DNA of 64,000 bases from Mantamonas sphyraenae STR306. Taxonomy: Eukaryota > Protista > CRuMs. Positions 12,126-21,492 of the stretch are shown in pieces (within the stretch, counting starts at the first letter, position 1; each line of letters opens with the position of its first letter). The stretch covers positions 186,001 to 250,000 of the forward strand of contig JAPMXV010000038.1 in assembly GCA_026936335.1 (NCBI GenBank). The letters are read 5' to 3'. The position numbers were made by a program, and so were the translations under genes. The notes below the pieces were generated by a model. The model did no database searches and was not told where the DNA came from. It saw only the letters and a program-made list of their open reading frames with translations.

Positions 12126-13125
12126 ATGGTGAGTGTGACACTGCGCCACAGGAGAGCACACGGACATACACTGACACACAGGGAGCGATGACGCGTGATT
12201 GGTGACGCACAGAGCACTACCCAGGCCAAGAAGAGCGACCGCATGAAGGAAATTCGCATCAACAAGCTGGTGCTGAACATCTGCGTGGGAGAGTCCGGTG
12301 ATAAGCTGACTCGTGCCGAGAAGGTGCTCACGCAGCTGAGCGGTCAGGAGCCCGTGAAGAGCAAGGTGAGTGGTGTGTGTGTGTGTGTTGGGGGCGGCCG
12401 AAAGGGTGATCGCATGCAGAAACACTGACCCGGCGTTTTACCCCTCCCTGCCCACAGTCGCGCTTCACCATCCGTGGCTTCGGCATCCGCCGTAACGAGA
12501 AGATCTCGGTGCACGTGACCGTGCGTGGCGAGAAGGCTCTGGAGATCCTGGAGAAGGGTACGTGCGCGTTTGTGTGTCGCCTTGCCGCCCCAGCGAAAAT
12601 TGCATGCGCCACGCCACAGCCTGCTCACACGCTTGCGCTTTGGCCCTCTGCTGCGCCCGCCATCCACAGGACTCAAGGTCAAGGAGTATGAGCTGCGTCG
12701 CAAGAACTTCTCCGCCACAGGCAACTTTGGCTTTGGCATTTCGGTGCGTTTTCAAGCCTCCCTTGTGCCTCGGCCACCTTTTTTGCGCGGATGTCCTCTC
12801 GCGCCTCTCGCCGGCTCCCACACGGCCAGGCAGACGCGAAGGAGGCACACCGGCATGCCCAGCCGCTGTGGACACATGTGCAGCACACTGACACCTGCAT
12901 TCCGTATTGCACCACCCACAGGAACACATCGATCTGGGCATCAAGTACGACCCGCACATCGGTATCTATGGTATGGACTTCTTTGTCGTGCTCCAGCGCC
13001 AGGGAGGCTTCCGCGTGCCCCGCCGCCGCCGCGCTGTCGGCCGCATTGGCGCTCCGCACCGCATCACCAAGGAGGAGTCTATCCGCTGGTTCCAGAAGAA
13101 GTTCGACGGTCTCGTGCTGGGCTAA
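12126..13125 (+). CDS. RPL11: 60S ribosomal protein L11 (uL5), 5 exons
   Basis: ATG|intron, then [55 protein letters not shown]. Confidence 0.97.
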
Positions 13126-13332
13126 ATCCTCACATTTGCGCGGAAGACGTTGTTTCGAACAAAAACAGAATCCCAATCCATTCCCCTTTCTGTCCATTGC
13201 GTACCGAGTGGACACTGGGCAAATCCACGTGCGTCTGTGCTTGTGAACACCCCGTCTTGCCTGTGTTTTGGGCTGCGGGGGACGAGCTCGCGCCGGAGCC
13301 ACCCACACCCCCCCCGCGCACACTCGTCACAG

Positions 13333-14025
13333 ATGGACCCGGCATCCGTGGTGATCACACATGCAAACACACCGCAGGCAGAACAGATTGCAGTGCTGTA
13401 CAGGCGTCTGTTGCCCGTGGTGTTGCCCGGGGCCAGGCTGAGAGTGAGCGACACCCGACTTGCTCGCCCCAATCCGGTGTTCAACACCCTCACCATCGTG
13501 GCCCTCTGCATCATGGTCATGGTTGGTGTGCAGCACAAAGCCGTGTCCGCCGCGGCTGCATACTACAAGCTCGAGGCGTACGCCGCGCTTGTGCTGGATA
13601 ACCGCAAGCTCGTGCTGTGGACGCTCGGTCTGCTCGCCTTGCTCACCTGGTACCTGGCCAGGGCCTCGCTGGTGGCCTTTGTCATCCATGACGAGGCTTC
13701 GGGGGCCATTGTGTTTGACAACGGCTCTGCAAAGCAGCTGCCGGAGCCCGAAGCGCTGTTTTCCGCCACCGCTGCCTACTACCAGATTGAGAGCCTGATG
13801 GACGACGAGCTGATCGGTAGCGAGGGAGAGGAAGACGGCGACGACAACGACAGTGTGTCCGTGAGCAGCAGTGGGGACGACGACGAGGCACCCGAACTCG
13901 ACGAGGAAGACATGAAGCGCGTGGCTGCCCTGGTCAAGCAGCTGCAGAAGAGCAAGAAGAAGGAAGGAAAGGGCAAACCCAAGCCCAAACCATCAAAGAG
14001 CAAGCGTGCAAAGAAAGAGGATTGA
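13333..14025 (+). CDS. ER membrane protein, selenoprotein T-like layout without the redox motif; acidic/basic tail ending KKED
   Basis: Two hydrophobic segments flanked by N..K and AFxI....xVF.....LPxxxxL, as in SelT. C-terminal KKxx. The family call is by eye. Confidence 0.45.
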   Translation: MDPASVVITHANTPQAEQIAVLYRRLLPVVLPGARLRVSDTRLARPNPVFNTLTIVALCIMVMVGVQHKAVSAAAAYYKLEAYAALVLDNRKLVLWTLGLLALLTWYLARASLVAFVIHDEASGAIVFDNGSAKQLPEPEALFSATAAYYQIESLMDDELIGSEGEEDGDDNDSVSVSSSGDDDEAPELDEEDMKRVAALVKQLQKSKKKEGKGKPKPKPSKSKRAKKED

Positions 14026-14063
14026 TGTTCGTTCAGTGTGTTGAGTGCGTGGTTGGTGAATGA

Positions 14064-15520
14064 TCACACCTTCTGGTACGACAGGTTGCCCTCCAACTTC
14101 TTGGCCTCGGCAACCTTGCGTACGGCCTTCATAAAGTCGTCCTCGACGACAAAGTCCTTGCCGGCTGTGATGGCAAGGAGGCCTGCCTCGGTGCAGACGT
14201 TGCGCAGATCGGCGCCATTGAAGTTCTCCGCCAGCTTGACGACGGCGTCAAAGTCGACGTCGCCGTGAGTGGTGATGGTCGACGCGTGAATCTTGAGGAT
14301 TTCCGCACGTGCGCTCTCGTTGGGCAGAGGGATTTCAATCTTGCGGTCGAGACGGCCCGGACGCAGCAGGGCAGGGTCCAGCACGTCTGGACGGTTGGTG
14401 GCCATGATCATTTTGACCTTGCCCAGTGTGTCAAAGCCGTCCATTTGGTTGAGCAGCTCCATGAGGGTGCGTTGGATCTCACGGTCGGCCGAGGAGCCTT
14501 CGGAGAAACGGCGTCCGCCAATGGCATCGATTTCGTCCATAAAGATGATGCAGGGCTCGTGGTCACGCGCATACCCAAACATCTCGCGGATCACGCGCGC
14601 CGACTCGCCAATGTACTTGTCCACAATGGCCGACGAGACGACCTTGAGGAAGGAGCACTCCATGTTGCTCGCAATGGCCCTGGCCAACAGGGTCTTGCCT
14701 GTGCCCGGCGGGCCGTACAGAAGCACACCCTTGGGCGGTTTGATGCCCTACACGCAGAAACAGCTCCGGATTGGTGAGAGGCAGCTCAATCACCTCGCGG
14801 ATCTCTCGTGTTTGTTCACTCAGACCTCCAATGTCGTTGTAGTCCACCTTGCCCGGGTCCTCGTCCAGCATCTTGAACACCAGCGGGTCCACCTCACGCG
14901 GCAGAATGCGCATGATGGTCAGAGTGGTGATGTCCAGCGTCACACGCGTGCCACCCGTCAGTTTGCTGCGGTCCACCTTGCGGCGGCAGCCCACCACGTA
15001 GCGCGGCCCAGACGACGCCTTGACAATGACTGTGGTGTGCATGTGTGTGTGTATGCATGGCAGGGTGTGTGTGCGTGTGTTAGTCGCCGTGTGTGGACAT
15101 GTGATCAACCACGCGTGTGTATGTGGGCGAGAACGGAAAACGTCGCGCCAATTCCAATTCCGCTCTGCTGCTGGAAACGCACACTTCTCCTCGCTCAGCT
15201 GGCGCAGCACCTCGCCAATGATCTGGCCCACACTCTGCAGGGCCTTGAGGTCACGCTCGCTCTTGTCCACCAGTGTCTGCATCTCCTGCACCTTGTCGCG
15301 CTTGGTGCGCATCCGCGCGTCCCATTCCTTGTGCTGCCGCAGCTTCTTCTTGTACTCCAGCAGAGCTCGCGAGCGGTCGTCCTGTGCACATCCACGTGTG
15401 TCAGCACCATACAAGGTCCCACTCACATGGGAGGCAACCAGTCTTGAGGGTAGGCTGCCCTCGTCAGGCAGGAAGCCGGCGGCGGAAGTGGAACGACGGG
15501 AGGGCAAAGGAACTGACCAT
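14064..15520 (-). CDS. PSMC6: 26S proteasome AAA-ATPase Rpt4 (3 exons); apparent +1 frameshift at 14746-14748
   Basis: [68 protein letters not shown]|GTCAGT intron at the start. Confidence 0.95.
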
Positions 15521-15582
15521 GGTTTTGACTGCGTTTGCCGACGCAGAAAAAGCCGCCGCCGCCGCAACTGACACAACACACC

Positions 15583-16255
15583 ATGATCCGGTTCATCTTG
15601 GTGCAGAACAGGCAGGGCAAAACCCGTCTGGCCAAGTACTACATGCCGTTTGTGGAAGATGAGAAACGCCAGCTGCAGGGAGAGATCAGCAAGATTCTCA
15701 AGGCCCGCAGTTCGCGTTGGAGCAACTTTGTCGAGGTATGGATAAGCTGGTGGGCAGGACACAGCAGGTGGCATTCGCCCATCTGCCATACGCCCCCGTC
15801 GATGGTTGTCCGATGCCGTCGGCGTCCGTGCTGAAGGCAGGCGGACGCTTGAAGGCGGACGGAGGGCTTTTTCCCAGGGGCGTCGCTGCAACTCGAAGAG
15901 CAAAACGGCAAGTACTGACACAGGAGAGGGACGCGCGGACACCCCCTCATACACCGTCACACAGTATCGCAATTACAAGATTATCTATCGCCGCTACGCT
16001 GGCCTGTACTTCTGCTGCTGCGTGGACAGCAGCGACAACGAGCTGGTGATTTACGAAATCATTCACTTCCTGGTGGAGGTGCTGGACCAGTACTTTGGCA
16101 ACGTGTGCGAACTGGACCTGGTGTTCAACTTTTTCAAGGTGTATCAAATCCTGGACGAGATCATCCTCACGGGCGAGGTGCAGGAGACCTCGCAAGTCAA
16201 GATTCTCCAGCGCATGGAGTGGCTGGACAAGCAGGAGAACGGCAAGGGCAAGTGA
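15583..16255 (+). CDS. AP2S1: AP-2 complex subunit sigma (2 exons)
   Basis: [20 protein letters not shown]...NFVE|[16 protein letters not shown]...[11 protein letters not shown]. Intron 15736-15964. Confidence 0.85.
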
Positions 16256-16392
16256 GCTCACCATGCGCTCGGCCTGCAAGCGACAGCATCCCACGCACAC
16301 AGACACAGATACAGACACACAGACACACAGACACATGCACAAAGAGGAGTCGCAAAATGAAAACGTTCATGGTTTCCGCCGCCGCCGCAGGT

Positions 16393-17612
16393 TCACAGGG
16401 CACACTGACGCATCGTTTGCACCTCATGGTGGACCAGCAGACGCAGATGGGTGCTGGGTATCCTTGGCCTGCGAGCCCATGCCACACACAGCATCAGGTG
16501 GCCCGTGTGCAACACGTCCACCTGTACACCGTCCATACATACACGCAACGTGTCCACCGTGTCTCCAAACAACTGTGCCACTGCATTGGCCTTGTGGATG
16601 ACCGTGTGCAAATGCAACAGCAGCACATCTTGCTCCGTGCCATCCTCCAAGGACGGGACGAGGACACTGGTGTCGGCTGCCTCTATCATGCCCTGCACCC
16701 TCTCTTGCTCTGCATTGTACCCATCCTGGGCTTTGAATTGCCACCATTTGCGCTGTGGTTTCCTCCATGCCACACGGCGGCCAGTGTTGCTGCTACTGCT
16801 GCTGTTGCTCTGCGGTCCTTCTAGACCTGCCTCCTGCACCTCGCCTGATCGTGCCCCGGGGGTTTGGGGTGTGCTGGGTGTGCTGGGTGTGACTGGCACC
16901 ACAGACATGCCCATTCCTGGACGTGGACTTGCCGGAGCAGCGCTGTGGACGACCTGAGGCACTTGCCGAGCTCCATCCTGCAGCTGCTTGGCTGCGTGTT
17001 CGCCATGGCGGAACGCATGGATCCACAGCACGTCACCATGCTCACTTAAGATACTATGTACACGTGAGCAGGCGCGTTCCATGCTGCTGCGCTGAAGCTG
17101 TGGCATCACACGCGCAAATTTGCGGAACCGTTTTGTGGCGTTGAACTGAGCCGCTCGCAACCTCGTCTCAAACTTGGCCACAAAGAGACGCGCCAGCTCA
17201 TCGGCCAGTGCACATGCAAAATGGCTCTGCTTCACGTCGCCAATCACAATTGCAGTGATGTTCAACTCGTGGGCCTCGGAAAAGGCCACGCAACACGACT
17301 CGCCCGCCTTCACCAGCCGCAACTCACCGTCAGCCACGGATTCCCGTGCCATGGCCGACATGGCGAGCAGAGGCATCACCAAATGCATCCCCTGTGTAAA
17401 AGCGTCCCGAGCTGTTGCATGGGGTGCACTTTGTGTCAACGTGGGAAGCCCCACCCACGAGAGGCATCAGCAACCCCAATACACTTACTCCCTTGCCCAG
17501 CACTGTTGGATCCCATCGGAATGCCATAGTTGGCACTGTATCGTGCTGCATACAATAGGGCGCCGTGTTTGGCTGCCACCACCAGGACGCCGTGAACCAT
17601 TGCTGGGGCCAT
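16393..17612 (-). CDS. Hypothetical protein with a longin-like N-terminal domain (2 exons)
   Basis: Exon MAPAMVHGVLVVAAKHGALLYAARY... joins the 353-aa ORF through a phase-1 GTAAGT..CAG intron. The beta-beta-alpha-beta-beta-beta-alpha pattern suggests a longin fold. Confidence 0.5.
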
Positions 17613-17648
17613 CGCGCCGTCGCGCCAAAACCAAACGGCCAACGGAGA

Positions 17649-17979
17649 ATGGACAGCGACAAGACCACGGCCTACTTTACGCTCAACAACAAGCTTGAGA
17701 AACTGAGCCAGTCCATGAACACCCTGCAGGGAAACATGGACATGGTTGACGAGATCAACTACAACATGACGTCCCTTGGACTGATCCTGGGCTCGATGTG
17801 GGTTTGGCGCCGGATTTTGCTGCGTTCGAACCAAACACCGCCGCTGCACACAGAACGGCCAACTGACACACGCCATTCACTGCACACGCCTCCTCCCACA
17901 TGCACACAGGTCGACCGCATCTCAAGGTCTGAGCATGTGGAACGACGCATCTGGCGCCATCGCACCCGTCAGCAAATGA
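17649..17979 (+). CDS. Small coiled-coil protein, possible DASH/Dam1 subunit Hsk3-like (2 exons)
   Basis: MDSDKTTAYFTLNNKLEKLSQSMNTLQGNMDMVDEINYNMTSLGLILGSM|STASQGLSMW...; a phase-2 intron gives a ~73-aa product. Confidence 0.4.
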
Positions 17980-18142
17980 ACAGAATCCCCCCCCTTGCGC
18001 ACACGTCAGCCCCGTTGTGCTCTCACACCGGAGAAACATGAGCCGAAAGCCGTCTTGCACTGTGTCTTGGGCTCCTGGGAGGTCATAGGACTCGTTGGAA
18101 ACGTGTGTGCCGTGGCCCTATGCGCATGCAGGGGCAAAGGAA

Positions 18143-20954
18143 ATGGGTTTGGAGATCGTCGCCGCCGATCTGTTTACAGATCACACCATTCGGGCGGAGT
18201 TTTCCGACGGGTTGATTATGGAACTGTCTGCGCGAGCGACAGAGTTCCTTCTGGTGGGCCAGGGCAAGATCCAGCACTTTCGGACGCAGTTTGTGCTGAG
18301 CGAACACCGCGAGCGTCTGCAGATGTTGCTGCAGTTTCGCAACACACACACAGAACCCATATTTATTCACCGTCCATTGCTTCTGGACGCCCAGTCACGC
18401 ATCGACGAGGAGCGTGTGTTTGTGGTGCGTTGATGCTGCTGCGTGGTAGCGTGGCGTAGGCTATGCGAGGCGGGAGATCCGTTTGAGCGCGCGCTCACCT
18501 TGTTGGTCGGTACCACACACACACACCCACAGATGCGACGTCATGTGCGCACCGCACGCTTTCCCAGCTCATTGGACGCTGCAGAGCGCTACCATCTGGG
18601 AGTGGACATCCAGGTGCACGATGACGAGTCCATCGAGCTGACCTGCCTGGACGGCTTGACGACCCTCGTCCTCAGCGCACATTCGCACTTTGTACACATC
18701 CGCTTCCCTTTGTGTGTCGGCGCCACTGTGTGTCGATACGACCAGCATGCACTGGGAGGCTTGTCATTCCGAGGCAAACATGCCCAGAGCAGCGAGGAGG
18801 AGCTGCTGGGACGGACGCCTCTTGCGCCGAAGCAGGTGCAGTATGCACCAAAGCACAGCTCCAGCTCCTCCAGCTCCTCTTCATCCCATGCTGCGTCCTC
18901 TTCCACGCGTGTGCTGTTTGACGACCTGACCCAGGACCAGGAGAACTTTGAGGAGGTTCCGTCGCCGCTGTTTGACTTTCAACGCGTTCCACAAACCTAC
19001 AGCCGTGGCCGCAGCAACCGCATGCTGGACACCACCTACGACTATGTGTGGATGACCCAGTTCTTTCCCGTGGACATGGTGCCTGCACGGTGGCAGACGC
19101 CGTTGGGCATTTTGCTGCAGATGAAGCAACGCGTTCAGCAGCAGACACACGAGCGCGGGGTACAGAAGGACATGGAGGCTCAGAAGGAAGCAGAAAAGGA
19201 ACAGCAAGGGTTGATTGAGGGGGAGGAGGATGAGGAGGATGAGGAGGATGAGGAGGCGGAGCACAGTGTCGTGGAATCCCCGGAGGAGGAAAGCGAATCG
19301 AAAGCATGGTGGCGACGAACTGTTGGGATTGATCGGCAGCCTGGGTGAAGCCATGATGAGGCCACACACGAAGCAACAACAAGATCGCAAAGAGAGCGAT
19401 GAGGGAGCACAGATGGAGCGGACAGAGGAGCAGCAGGAGAGACACTCAGGAGGGGTGGAATTGGATTGGATGCCAGATCTGGTCAAAGACGAGCTGGTGG
19501 TGCACGTGCGACTGCCCGAGGTGGCCAACGATCCGTACGGGGGACCCGAGGCGCCGGAATACCTGGCACGGCAGCAGAAACTGAAGCACTACACGTTGAG
19601 CACGTGGAAGAGTGTGTACCTGACTCACGCGGACGACCGCGTGATCAAGCTGCGCTGGACGGCCGAGGCCATGCTGTACTGGCGCCAGGACATGGATGCC
19701 ATCGGCGTGGTGGTGTCTCAGGATCACTCGTACATGGAGCTGTACACGCTGACAAGTGAGCATGCGGGCCGCAGCGATTCGTTTGCACGGCACTACAAGC
19801 TGGAGGACCGCGGCGAGTACACACTGCATCATATCGACTCGATGCACCTTGACGACATTGGACTGCACCGTCCGTCCTTTCAAACCTACTTTGTGATGTT
19901 TGGTCGCACGATACGCGCCGCACAGCTGTTCCGCGAGACTGTCGGCGAACAGGTGCGCTACGAAGGCCTTTGTCGACTCGTGAAGCGGCAGCAGCGACAC
20001 GAACGCAAGATGAAAATGCTGGACGAGGTGGTGCCAGGTATGTCGGCGATGGTGGATGACACGTCCGACGACAGCGACGACGACGATGGCGTGTGGGCGG
20101 ATGAAGAGGATTGGCTGATGGGCACGGTGCACCTGGAGGACATGTTTGAAACGGACCCGGAAACTGGCGAACGAAGGGTGAGACGGCCACACAGGGCACG
20201 AGGAGGAAGCAGCAGTGGTAGCAGCATCGGCGGCAGCAGTGGCAGCAGTGGCAGCAGCAACGGCAAGGGAAAGACAGCACAGCGGGCAATGGCACACGGG
20301 CACGCCGGACAGGCGGCGCAAGGCAAGCGTGCAGTTAGGGCTGGCAAGCACAAGCTGTACAGTGCAGAAGTAGTGGATCGGGAGACGCTGGAAGACGGGA
20401 GCGAAGCACGTGCGATGGCAGACGGACGGATCGCCATCCGCTTTGCCGACCGCACGCTGTTGCGGATGGACGCGAAACGGGCCACGGTGGAAGTCACGCT
20501 GCCAAACGGACAGACGGTGGTGCGCAGTACGAATGACCCGAGGGGTGTGGAGGGCTACGTGGTGGCAGCGCTGGAGTACGCACGGTGGGCGTTCTACAGC
20601 GACGACGAGAAGGAGCAGGAGCAGGCGCAGATCCTGCAGTATCTGGACGAACAGGCAGAGATCGAATACCTTTTGGCGCGTCTGCGTGTGTATGTGGGCA
20701 TGCAGCGTGTGGCCGTCAAGGGCATCGACATGCATTGGCGTGAGGTGCACCAGATGGCTGAACGCGGCCCAGACGACGTATACCACGACACGCAGTGGGA
20801 GTATCTCAAGACGGAACGGCATCTGGCCAGTTCGCAGCGGGTCATTGAACGCGCGCGGCGCTGGCTGGACAAGGACAACGAGGAGCCAAGCGACAACAGC
20901 ACATCCACCACGATCGCCGCGTTTGGCAACCGAGATTCCCATGTCGAGCAGTAG
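18143..20954 (+). CDS. C5orf34 (DUF4524/DUF4520-type) homolog; one intron; apparent +1 frameshift at ~19301
   Basis: N-terminus LFTDHTIRAEFSDGLIMELS...RTQFVLSEHRERLQMLLQFRN, then TCLDG..LVLS. C-terminus DGRIAIRFADRT..VTLPNG..YV. This matches the remembered human C5orf34 layout. Intron ~18425-18532. Confidence 0.7.
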
Positions 20955-21465
20955 CGTCAGCACAAATGAATCCAGTGAGCAGGAGCAAAGCAACCTCACT
21001 CAGGAGGAGCAATGGGCCCAAGAAGATGCTGCAGAGATGGCAAAGGAGCTGGATCGCCAGTTCAAGGAGATGTTTGGCGACGCGGTAAGCGTTGAGTTTG
21101 TCGACGGCCTGCAACCGCTGCACATCCCTGCAGTGGCCACCAGTACAAGCACGCCTCGCATGAGCAGTGCTGCCATCGTCACTCTCGCCGAAACCTATGC
21201 CCAGGTGTACACGCATGCCCAGGTGGCCCAGTTTGAGGGCTGGGCACCGGTGGACGACGGAGGCGAGCCCCTGGCCGACGATGACTTGGTGGCTGTCAGC
21301 CACGAGCTCAAAGCCTACCGTGGTTCCATCCTCGATTCGTCCAAGCTGTTGTTTGAACCCAGCCAGCAGCAGCAGGCCGCATGGCAGGAGTTTCTCACAA
21401 CCACTCTCAACTTTGAGGTACCTTCGGATCTCGTGGAGGAGGGCAATCTAGTGCCCGTCAAGTAG
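20941..21465 (+). CDS. Hypothetical acidic protein (174 aa)
   Basis: Natural-looking ORF with genome-typical codon usage. Its ATG overlaps the upstream ORF's end by 14 nt. Confidence 0.55.
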   Translation: MSSSSVSTNESSEQEQSNLTQEEQWAQEDAAEMAKELDRQFKEMFGDAVSVEFVDGLQPLHIPAVATSTSTPRMSSAAIVTLAETYAQVYTHAQVAQFEGWAPVDDGGEPLADDDLVAVSHELKAYRGSILDSSKLLFEPSQQQQAAWQEFLTTTLNFEVPSDLVEEGNLVPVK

Positions 21466-21492
21466 TGAATTTTCATGTAGACGTCATGTGCC

